Source: a virus (taxonomy: Duplodnaviria > Caudoviricetes). From it: a stretch of 64,000 nucleotides of DNA. The notes beneath the pieces are model-generated. The model was not told the origin of the DNA and made no database searches. It worked only from the letters and a program-made list of their open reading frames with translations. The position numbers and the translations under genes were made by a program. Where the stretch lies: IMG/VR virus record IMGVR_UViG_3300033076_001039, positions 32,001-96,000 of that record; one strand, written 5' to 3'. How positions within the stretch are numbered: the stretch's first letter is position 1; each line of letters starts with the position of its first letter. This document shows positions 38,589-46,974 of this stretch, in pieces.

Positions 38589-39152
38589 TTATCCACACAC
38601 GCCGACATTAATAATTAGAGTACCTGAAATTTGAATAAATCTCGCACCATTTGATATTGTTGATACAGGGTTAGTTGGTGGTATTGTTAAAACTTCGTTA
38701 CCATAAACGTTATCTCCCACTTGTAAATTACCGAATTCTTTTAATGAATATATTGTCACATTTGCAGGATTTGCAAACATGTTTACAGAATTACATACAT
38801 CTTGATAATATCCACCACCTCTTAAGTTATAACGATAAATTATAACAGGAGTTCGAGTCGGTGTAGGCGTTTGAGTTGGAGTTACTGATGTTTGAGTCGG
38901 GGTTGGGGTTACTGATGTTTGAGTTGGAGTCGGAGTTATTGTCGGAGTTGGTGTATTTGATGGACATACTCCCATATTAACAACGTCCAACGGAGCTGCG
39001 TAGTTCTCCACATATAATCCATCGGCACACACATAACTGGTTTGCAGTGGGTTTACTCCCGTAACACTGACAATACCAGTACACCCTGTCCATCGATAAA
39101 AACCTTCTTGGACATTATTGTAATTGGTTATTCTATAGTAATAGCAACTCAT
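38589..39152 (-). CDS. Short Thr/Pro-linker modular protein
   Basis: Cys-containing N-terminal domain, (TPTPTQTSV)x2 linker, C-terminal domain. Confidence 0.7.
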   Translation of the reverse strand: MSCYYYRITNYNNVQEGFYRWTGCTGIVSVTGVNPLQTSYVCADGLYVENYAAPLDVVNMGVCPSNTPTPTITPTPTQTSVTPTPTQTSVTPTQTPTPTRTPVIIYRYNLRGGGYYQDVCNSVNMFANPANVTIYSLKEFGNLQVGDNVYGNEVLTIPPTNPVSTISNGARFIQISGTLIINVGVCG

Positions 39153-39154
39153 TA

Positions 39155-41110
39155 TTATAGTGTTTGATAATATAAATCATTCGCAGGTACACTCAAATAA
39201 TACAAATCATTTCTTGGTATGAATATATAAACCAAATCATTTGCAGGTATTTGAATTCTACAGTTAAGACAATCAGGATTTAATAAATCGTATTTTGCCT
39301 GAAGTATTCTGAAATTATGTTTTATTTGAGAAGCGTTCAATGGTTCTGTATACATTCTAAATGCACTAATATCTCCAATCATACTTCCACCAAAATATTC
39401 TTCTAATTTAACATGTGTTGTTAATCCTGAATATATCGTATGATTTAAATCGTATGTCGTTAAACATTCAGGGTCTTGTTGGTAAACAATTTCATCGATT
39501 GTTTCAGGACATCCACCTGAGAAAGTTAAATTATCGTGTAGTCCTTGAGTTCCTCCTCCGATTGAAATGTTATATCCGACCCCAATTTGTTTTTCTTTCT
39601 CAACATTTAAAAGTCTTGGAATTATCTCTTCAAAGTTTTCCGTTACCATGAATAACTTTCCATTAACATAAAATTTAAGTGTACCTAATCTATATTTTTG
39701 TTCTTCGGTCCACATGTCGTTAAATGTTACTACTTCAGTCGATGCTGGGTCATAAGGTTGTTCACGAGTTATTGGAGGTTCAATAAGAGTAACACTTCTA
39801 TTTTCTAAAGTTGCAAAATAAACATCCTTAACTAACAGACCTAACCCACCTTTATCGTATAAGTCACAGGTGTCAAACCATTCATATCTTTGGAATACCG
39901 CATCAATTTGAACCCAATGTTCGACATTTTGATATGTTGTTCCTGAACAATCATCAAAGATTCCTCTCGTTGAGCACCATTCGGTTAGTGATGTTCCTGT
40001 CACATAAGTTAAACCTGTAAGACAAGTTCCAGTACTTTCACACCCACCAGTTATTCTGTATGTTTTCACACATAATCTTGGACTACCTGTGTCCCCACTT
40101 AATCTTAATGATAGGGCATTTGAAACCCCATCATATAACGGGTCTTTTTCAGGGTACTTGGCAGTTGTGGTACAATCACAAGGACATCCACAAGTACAAG
40201 TTGTTATTGTCCCACCTGAAGGTTGGTAAACCTGCATACAATCCGAAGATGTGTTTGCGGTACTCGCACAACCACAAGTGTGCATACAAGTCAAACCTGA
40301 TGTAACTCTTGTATATCCCGTATCTTGAACAGGACTACCATCAGCATAATGATAGAATTTATTCTCGGCTCTTGCCCCCATATAAAAGAATGTTCCTTTA
40401 TTATCAGGGTATCTTGCGTTTAATCCAACAGACGTATCACCTGTCCATCTATATTTTAATAAAAACTCTGCGGTCCAACCTAACGGAACTCTTTGTGGGA
40501 ATACTTGATAGTCATATCCCGCCAATTTATAAAACCCTTGGAAAAACCCTCCATTTAATCTCGCAACATATCCAACGTCGCCACCAGTATTCACATAAGA
40601 TAAATTATACGAATACGAATTATCATTCCATAAACGATTTGAGGTTGTTGTAAATCCTGTGATAGGGTGAAGTTTCATTCTCCTATCATATTTATATCTA
40701 CTGTATTTGTCTGAATTATTGGTATATAAACCTGTAGTGATTTGAATAGTTTCTCCTGACATGTTTTGAACTAAACCATTATCAATACCTGTCAATCCTA
40801 CATCACATAAATTTGTTACGATTGGACAAAAGTTAGGGTCAACATCATCAGGGTTCCAATAATTTTCTGAAACAATAGTTTGATAATCAAAAGAACATGC
40901 AGATGTTTGACAAAGAGTTGTTCCCGAACTATTGAAATCAAATTTAAATGGCATTCTATTACCATCGTTCACACCAATCAAAAATGGTGAAAAAACGACT
41001 TCTTGGTCATAATCCCTCTCGTCCGATGCTAAACAAATATCGGTTACTTCGTTCACAGGTTTTATCCCCCATCTACGAAAATTATACTGATTAATATTCT
41101 GATATGCCAT
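39155..41110 (-). CDS. Cys-rich LamG/concanavalin-A-like structural protein
   Basis: LKFYVNGKL...ISIGGG...GDISAFRMYTEPLNASQIKHNF is a typical LamG C-terminus. Clusters of CxC motifs. Confidence 0.6.
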   Translation of the reverse strand: MAYQNINQYNFRRWGIKPVNEVTDICLASDERDYDQEVVFSPFLIGVNDGNRMPFKFDFNSSGTTLCQTSACSFDYQTIVSENYWNPDDVDPNFCPIVTNLCDVGLTGIDNGLVQNMSGETIQITTGLYTNNSDKYSRYKYDRRMKLHPITGFTTTSNRLWNDNSYSYNLSYVNTGGDVGYVARLNGGFFQGFYKLAGYDYQVFPQRVPLGWTAEFLLKYRWTGDTSVGLNARYPDNKGTFFYMGARAENKFYHYADGSPVQDTGYTRVTSGLTCMHTCGCASTANTSSDCMQVYQPSGGTITTCTCGCPCDCTTTAKYPEKDPLYDGVSNALSLRLSGDTGSPRLCVKTYRITGGCESTGTCLTGLTYVTGTSLTEWCSTRGIFDDCSGTTYQNVEHWVQIDAVFQRYEWFDTCDLYDKGGLGLLVKDVYFATLENRSVTLIEPPITREQPYDPASTEVVTFNDMWTEEQKYRLGTLKFYVNGKLFMVTENFEEIIPRLLNVEKEKQIGVGYNISIGGGTQGLHDNLTFSGGCPETIDEIVYQQDPECLTTYDLNHTIYSGLTTHVKLEEYFGGSMIGDISAFRMYTEPLNASQIKHNFRILQAKYDLLNPDCLNCRIQIPANDLVYIFIPRNDLYYLSVPANDLYYQTL

Positions 41111-41118
41111 ATACTAAT

Positions 41119-41147
41119 GATAAATACCTTATGAGCTAGTATTTATA
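41119..41147. promoter_or_regulatory. Back-to-back divergent TATTTAT motifs (candidate late promoters)
   Basis: TATTTATC on the minus strand (41119-41126) and TATTTATA on the plus strand (41140-41147), between divergent ATGs at 41110 and 41164. Confidence 0.6.
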
Positions 41148-41163
41148 GATAAAAAAAGAAGAG

Positions 41164-42075
41164 ATGATTAATACAGACCAAGAATTTTATTCGTCACCAT
41201 ATTATTTTTTATTGAGAGATAAAGGAAATAAGTATTCTTTATACTTCTCAGTGGAAGGAAATTTGAATGAAGCTCGTGAAAAAGATGAGGTAATTCATTT
41301 TGAAAAAAACAAAGGTGAAAAAGTTAAGAAACACCTGAAAAAAGTTGCCAAAGAGAAAAAAATTAAATCCACTAAAGGATTGAAAAAAGATTTGGAAGAA
41401 TTGGTAAACTTGGATGGGGCGTTGTCTAATTCAAAAATTCCAATCCTTGACCCAAGATTACACCCACAGAAAACCATGGACCAAACTGTTGCTGCCGCAA
41501 GAATTACCAACGACCCAATTTCTCGTGGATATAGAACATATTATGGGGAATCTGTTGAGGAATCTATCTGTCCTGAACATATTAGTCCGAGTGGTAGAAA
41601 AACAAATATGTGTCCTGATGATGATGACTATGAAATCAATTATGGTAAAAATGCGCCTAAACTTAAAGAAATTGATATGTCAGGGGCATTTGGGTATGAA
41701 GAAACTGAAGATATGGATGGTGAAGAAACTTTCAAATATTTAGTTAAAAAAATGGGTATGGAACCTGATGAGGCGAAAGAAAGAACAAAACAAAAAGGTC
41801 AAGACCCTACAGGTAATAAAGACAAAAAATCACCATACTATAAAGATAAAAATTTTATCACAAGAGCAACTTTATCTGAAATCCAAAAACAAAAGATGAT
41901 TAAAGTTGTGGAAGATATTTTAATGAAGAAAAAAAATTCAGACGATTCTGAAGTCGGTAAAAAAGATACTGAAGTTTCAAAAGTATTGAAAAAAAATATT
42001 TCATCATTAAAGAAACAAGCAGAAAAGGAAGGTATTTCTATTTCTGAATTACTTAAAATGTTAAAAAGTGAATAA
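41164..42075 (+). CDS. Hypothetical protein (K/E-rich)
   Basis: 303-aa ORF, first gene of a plus-strand unit. Confidence 0.7.
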   Translation: MINTDQEFYSSPYYFLLRDKGNKYSLYFSVEGNLNEAREKDEVIHFEKNKGEKVKKHLKKVAKEKKIKSTKGLKKDLEELVNLDGALSNSKIPILDPRLHPQKTMDQTVAAARITNDPISRGYRTYYGESVEESICPEHISPSGRKTNMCPDDDDYEINYGKNAPKLKEIDMSGAFGYEETEDMDGEETFKYLVKKMGMEPDEAKERTKQKGQDPTGNKDKKSPYYKDKNFITRATLSEIQKQKMIKVVEDILMKKKNSDDSEVGKKDTEVSKVLKKNISSLKKQAEKEGISISELLKMLKSE

Positions 42076-42535
42076 AAGTTTATACGATAAAGAAATTGAG
42101 TTTCCGTCTGACAAAAGAGACCACATGACAAAGTGTTTTCATATGGTTAAAGGTGCGGATGAAAATACCGAGGGGTTCAATAGAAATAAAGAACTCCAAG
42201 GTCAGAAATTCATATCATATAAACAATTAAAAAGAATTAAAAACTTTTTTGATAATTTCAAAGGAAACCAAAAAGAACCTTCATTTATTTTAAATGGTGG
42301 TGTTGAAATGAAAAATTGGGTCGATAATGAACTTAGAAAAATGAGGGATTACATTAAAAATACAAAAACCAATAAAATGAATGCAGGTATGATGAATCAG
42401 TTTATTGACCCTCATGAGAAAAAAGATTTTACAAATGTAAGAACATCTCAAGAACACTCAAAGACCGTGGACAAATACAATCCATCGGTTAATGAAAGTG
42501 TTAAGAGAATAAACGAACTAATATCAAAAATATAA
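42068..42535 (+). CDS. Hypothetical protein
   Basis: 155 aa, GTG start overlapping the previous stop. Confidence 0.7.
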   Translation: MNKSLYDKEIEFPSDKRDHMTKCFHMVKGADENTEGFNRNKELQGQKFISYKQLKRIKNFFDNFKGNQKEPSFILNGGVEMKNWVDNELRKMRDYIKNTKTNKMNAGMMNQFIDPHEKKDFTNVRTSQEHSKTVDKYNPSVNESVKRINELISKI

Positions 42536-42539
42536 AATT

Positions 42540-42833
42540 ATGGCGACTAAAATTACAGTAGATTTAAGTCAAACAGAACCAAACGCACTTACTGCGTATG
42601 CTGACCAAGAAAGAGCTAAGTTAATCCCTAAAAACGATTACAATGCAGTTGGTAATGAATACTCATCGGTAAACAGAGATGCTGTCGCAGATGGTGACTC
42701 CATGGGTAGAGGTACTGGTGCATTCTTGGATGTTTACAATGTAAATGCAGGTACTATCGACGACGTTGTTGAAAGAAAAAACGAAATTAAAATTAACAAA
42801 TTTAATTCATCAAAAACATATCCTAATTTCTAA
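42540..42833 (+). CDS. Hypothetical protein
   Basis: 97-aa ORF within the operon. Confidence 0.65.
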   Translation: MATKITVDLSQTEPNALTAYADQERAKLIPKNDYNAVGNEYSSVNRDAVADGDSMGRGTGAFLDVYNVNAGTIDDVVERKNEIKINKFNSSKTYPNF

Positions 42834-43291
42834 TGAAACTTCAAACCGCACTTAAAGGTTTAATATACGAAATCGCTTCTTTAGATAGTATTGTAGACGC
42901 TATTAAGAAACGACAAGTTGTTGTAATTTACTACGATGGTGACGAACCAGGTGGTAGAGGACTTCGTGAAATTGAACCTGTGTGTTTAGGAGTTAGTAAA
43001 GCGGGAAATAAAGTATTAAGAGCTTGGGATAGTGAAGGAGCTTCTCACACAGGGTATAAAGGAGAACAACCACTACCAGGGTGGAGAATGTTCAGATTAG
43101 ATAAAATACTATCAAACAAACCAACTGGTGAGGTTTACAATACACCAAGACCTGGTTATAATTTTAATGGTGATAAGAGCATGGTTAGTGTCATCATAAA
43201 CGCAAGATTTGATAATCCGAGTCAACCACAACAACCAACACCACAAGAACCTCAAACACCACCAACACCTGAAGAAGAAAATATAACATAA
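42833..43291 (+). CDS. Stand-alone WYL-domain protein
   Basis: AIKKRQVVVIYY...REIEPVCLG...LRAW...WRMFRLDKI. No HTH domain. Confidence 0.8.
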   Translation: MKLQTALKGLIYEIASLDSIVDAIKKRQVVVIYYDGDEPGGRGLREIEPVCLGVSKAGNKVLRAWDSEGASHTGYKGEQPLPGWRMFRLDKILSNKPTGEVYNTPRPGYNFNGDKSMVSVIINARFDNPSQPQQPTPQEPQTPPTPEEENIT

Positions 43292-43292
43292 T

Positions 43293-43925
43293 ATGGACAG
43301 ATTAATGGAAAAATTGGCTTTATCTAAAGCAATTATGGATAAAGCAGATAATATAAAATCAACAAATTCTATGAATGGTGGATTACCACCAACTTCATTA
43401 CAACAATTAAATTCACCTGAAACGTTTGACATCCCAAACGCAAAGTATAATATTCCTGCAGAATTTTTACAAGAAACATCATCACCACAACAACCTTACT
43501 TGTCTAACGTACCAAGGGAGAATACAAAGCCAGTTGGTGTTCCTACTGTTGATGCAATCAAGAATTCAAAATTACCTGATGAAATTAAAAGGTTAATGAT
43601 GGAACACCCGATTGCACAGCCACAACAACAAACAACAACAATTTCAAACGAATTAGTTGAGAAAGCTGCAAGGTTGATGAAAAAAAATGACGGTAATTAT
43701 TTACCTGAATCAGCAAAACCAAAACAAACTCAACAAACACAACAACCATCAGGTAATATTGATTACAAATTACTTCAAAAAATGATTAATGAAGCAGTTA
43801 ATAATGCCTTAAAAGAAAATGGTTTATTAGTTGAAAGTTCAGAAAAATCAAACGAGGTATTTAACTTCAAGGTTGGTAAACACGTATTTGAAGGTAAAGT
43901 GACCAAAATCAAAAAATTGTCTTAA
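43293..43925 (+). CDS. Hypothetical protein
   Basis: 210-aa ORF, Q/P-rich. Confidence 0.7.
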   Translation: MDRLMEKLALSKAIMDKADNIKSTNSMNGGLPPTSLQQLNSPETFDIPNAKYNIPAEFLQETSSPQQPYLSNVPRENTKPVGVPTVDAIKNSKLPDEIKRLMMEHPIAQPQQQTTTISNELVEKAARLMKKNDGNYLPESAKPKQTQQTQQPSGNIDYKLLQKMINEAVNNALKENGLLVESSEKSNEVFNFKVGKHVFEGKVTKIKKLS

Positions 43926-43977
43926 CGTATTTCTTTATTCGACAACAATTACTATATTTTGAACAAATATATTAATA

Positions 43978-45192
43978 ATGTCAAAAATCAAAGTTTTAGT
44001 AGTCCCATCCGATAGAACAGGTGTGGGTAAATTTAGGTCTGTGGACCCTCACGTATTCTTACAGAATTTATACCCTGACGATTTCCATGTAGATATCGTA
44101 TATGAACCACCATATGATGACTTTTCATTTTGGCAAAACTATCAAATAGTTGCATTCCATAGAAGTATTGGACCCGACTTTGAACAGGCAAATAGATTAA
44201 TCCAAATGTTAAATTCATTAGGTGTAATTACTATTTGTGATATTGACGATTATTGGATGCCAGGTAAAGAGCACCCAATTCACGATATAATTCGATTCAA
44301 TAAAATTAACGAGAAAATTGTTGCAAATCTTAAAGTAGCATCTTATGTTACCACCACAACAAATTTATTCGCGAATGAAATTAAAAAATTGAATAAGAAT
44401 GTTGTTGTGTTCCCAAATGCGATTAATCCAAATGAACCACAGTTCAAAGAACCAACATTAGAATCAGACAGACTTAGAATTGGATGGTTAGGGGGTTCTT
44501 CCCACTTACACGATTTACAGTTGTTAGACTCTCCTTTAGCTAAAATTACACACTTAAAAGATAAATTACAATTTGTTCTTTGTGGATTCGATACACGAGG
44601 TACTGTAACTGAAATCAATCAACAAACAGGTGAACATAAAAAGAGAGATATTCTTCCACACGAAACCGTTTGGGCTCAATATGAAAAAATATTCACTCAA
44701 AATCATTCTTTGGTCTCTGAGGACTACAAGAAATATTTGTTAAAATATACTCAAGAAAAATACCCGAATGAACTTGATGAATCATACGTAAGAGTTTGGA
44801 CACAACCCGTAACATCATACGCTAAAAACTACTCAAAGTTTGACGTGTCATTGGCACCAATCAAGAACACCATGTTTAACCGTATGAAATCACAACTTAA
44901 AGTTATTGAGGCAGGTTTCTATAAAAAGGCAATTATTGCTTCCGATTTAGGTCCATATACTTTAGATTTGAAACATTGTTTAGACCATGGTAATTTTGTT
45001 GACGGTAATGCAATGTTAGTTGATGAAAATAGAAACCACTCTGATTGGGCAAAGTATATCAAAAAACTTGTTGAAAACCCTAACATGGTTAAAGATATGG
45101 GTGAAAGACTATATGAGACAGTTAAAGACACATATGATTTAAATGTCGTAACCAAAAACAGAGCAGAATTTTATAAATCTTTAATCAAATAA
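43978..45192 (+). CDS. GT-B fold glycosyltransferase (GT4-like)
   Basis: DIDDYW, IGWLGGSSHLHDL, LAPI...FNRMKSQLKVIEAG. Confidence 0.8.
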   Translation: MSKIKVLVVPSDRTGVGKFRSVDPHVFLQNLYPDDFHVDIVYEPPYDDFSFWQNYQIVAFHRSIGPDFEQANRLIQMLNSLGVITICDIDDYWMPGKEHPIHDIIRFNKINEKIVANLKVASYVTTTTNLFANEIKKLNKNVVVFPNAINPNEPQFKEPTLESDRLRIGWLGGSSHLHDLQLLDSPLAKITHLKDKLQFVLCGFDTRGTVTEINQQTGEHKKRDILPHETVWAQYEKIFTQNHSLVSEDYKKYLLKYTQEKYPNELDESYVRVWTQPVTSYAKNYSKFDVSLAPIKNTMFNRMKSQLKVIEAGFYKKAIIASDLGPYTLDLKHCLDHGNFVDGNAMLVDENRNHSDWAKYIKKLVENPNMVKDMGERLYETVKDTYDLNVVTKNRAEFYKSLIK

Positions 45193-45193
45193 T

Positions 45194-45649
45194 ATGGATT
45201 CAAAAAAAGGTAGAATAGGATTCACCGCAGGTAACTTTGATTTACTACATCCTGGTTACATATACACATTCGAAGCAGCTAAAGAACATTGTGATTATTT
45301 CATCGTGTTCTTACAGAGAGACCCTTCATTAACAAGGTTCACCAAATATAAACCTGTAGTTCCATTATATGAACGTTATAGAACATTAATGTCTATCAAA
45401 TACATTGATGAGGTTGTTTGTTATGACGATGAAGATGATTTGTTAAGAATGATTGAATTCTATAAACCTGATGTAAGAATTCTTGGAGATGATTACATAG
45501 GAAAAAGATTTACAGGCGACCATTTACCTATTGATGTCGTTTATACAACTCGTTCTCACGGATGGTCAACTACAAAAATCAAAGACTTAATTACAATACA
45601 AACTTTAAAACAAAATCCCGAAATAACTAATTTAGTAGAAAATGATTAA
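45194..45649 (+). CDS. Cytidylyltransferase (TagD-like)
   Basis: GNFDLLHPGY (HxGH variant), ILGDDY, RSHGWSTT. Confidence 0.82.
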   Translation: MDSKKGRIGFTAGNFDLLHPGYIYTFEAAKEHCDYFIVFLQRDPSLTRFTKYKPVVPLYERYRTLMSIKYIDEVVCYDDEDDLLRMIEFYKPDVRILGDDYIGKRFTGDHLPIDVVYTTRSHGWSTTKIKDLITIQTLKQNPEITNLVEND

Positions 45650-46343
45650 TATTCCTTTACACAAAATTTTATTCTTAGACATCGAAACCGTTGGGGTACA
45701 CCCCGATTGGGAAACTTTAGTTAAAGAAAATGAACCTCTGTCATTCCAATTTGAACATTATTTTGATTGGTTCCAAAAAAGATTTCCCGAAGACGCCGAT
45801 AAAGGTGTTGGTCAAATGTTTGTTAACAGGTCTGCATTGGTGCCGGAATTTGCAAGAATTGCCTGTGTTAGTGTAGCATTTGTTACGGAAAAAGGTGAAG
45901 TTAAAATGCAATCATTTAGTAATGAGAATGAGAAGACAATGTTATTAGAAGTTCAAAAACTTCTTCATAGAGTTGGTGAACTTGGATTCTTTCTATGTGG
46001 TCATAATGTTAAAGGATTTGATATTCCAATGTTAGCCAAACGTATGATTATGAATGGAATTATGCCACCAAAAATTTTACCAGGTCATGACACTAAACCA
46101 TGGGAAATTAAAGCCTTGGATACTAAAGAAGTTTGGCAATACGGAGGGTACGGTTCAATCGCATCCCTTGAATTGATGTGTGTTTGTTTAGGTGTTGAAT
46201 CATCTAAAACAATGGAAGTTACTGGTAATAAAGTTCATGAGGCGTTTTGGGTGAAAAAAGATATTGAGGGTATTGTAAAATACTGTGAAAAAGACGTATC
46301 TGTATTGATTGATGTTATAAAAAAATTAATCGCATTAAAATAA
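45642..46343 (+). CDS. Stand-alone PolB-type 3'-5' exonuclease
   Basis: FLDIETV, GHNVKGFDIP, YCEKDV (DEDDy). Confidence 0.85.
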   Translation: MINIPLHKILFLDIETVGVHPDWETLVKENEPLSFQFEHYFDWFQKRFPEDADKGVGQMFVNRSALVPEFARIACVSVAFVTEKGEVKMQSFSNENEKTMLLEVQKLLHRVGELGFFLCGHNVKGFDIPMLAKRMIMNGIMPPKILPGHDTKPWEIKALDTKEVWQYGGYGSIASLELMCVCLGVESSKTMEVTGNKVHEAFWVKKDIEGIVKYCEKDVSVLIDVIKKLIALK

Positions 46344-46963
46344 TGGAAAATTTAAATAAGATGGGGTTGAACTCCGAAATGTACGACGAAATCCTAAAAC
46401 AATTTGAAAAAATTAAATCTGAAGCAGGTATTGAACCTGATGATGAATATCAAAAAGAATTAGAGGATTTGTTAGGTCTTGGACTTGAGGAATTGGAGGA
46501 TGAGATTTACCAACAAGCCATGACTAAACATGTTAAGGTAGAAATGACTGCTGCCGATGCAGTTTTTCCAAAATACGCATACCCTTCTGATTCAGGTTTT
46601 GATTTACATTCAACACAAGATTTAGAAATTGGACCCTTTGGTAGAATACTTGTGCCAACAGGTATTAAAGTTTCATTTCCTGAAGGATATGAGATACAAG
46701 TTAGACCTAAAAGTGGTTTAGCCATCAAACAAGGATTGACTGTTCTTAATACCCCTGGTACTGTTGACCAAGGTTATACAGGAGAAATTCAAGTAATCGT
46801 ATTTAATACTAATAACCATACGGTGGTAATACCAAAAGGTATGAAAGTTGCACAAGCAGTTTTATGTCCTGTAGTTAATGGGAAATATGTTAATTTTGAA
46901 AATGTAAGTTCAATTGAGGATAAGGATAGAGGTGATAACGGATTTGGTAGTACAGGAATTTAA
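46343..46963 (+). CDS. dut: dUTP diphosphatase, trimeric type, with an acidic N-terminal extension
   Basis: SGFDL, RPKSGLA, GTVDQGYTGE, RGDNGFGSTG. Confidence 0.95.
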   Translation: MENLNKMGLNSEMYDEILKQFEKIKSEAGIEPDDEYQKELEDLLGLGLEELEDEIYQQAMTKHVKVEMTAADAVFPKYAYPSDSGFDLHSTQDLEIGPFGRILVPTGIKVSFPEGYEIQVRPKSGLAIKQGLTVLNTPGTVDQGYTGEIQVIVFNTNNHTVVIPKGMKVAQAVLCPVVNGKYVNFENVSSIEDKDRGDNGFGSTGI

Positions 46964-46974
46964 CACATAACAAA

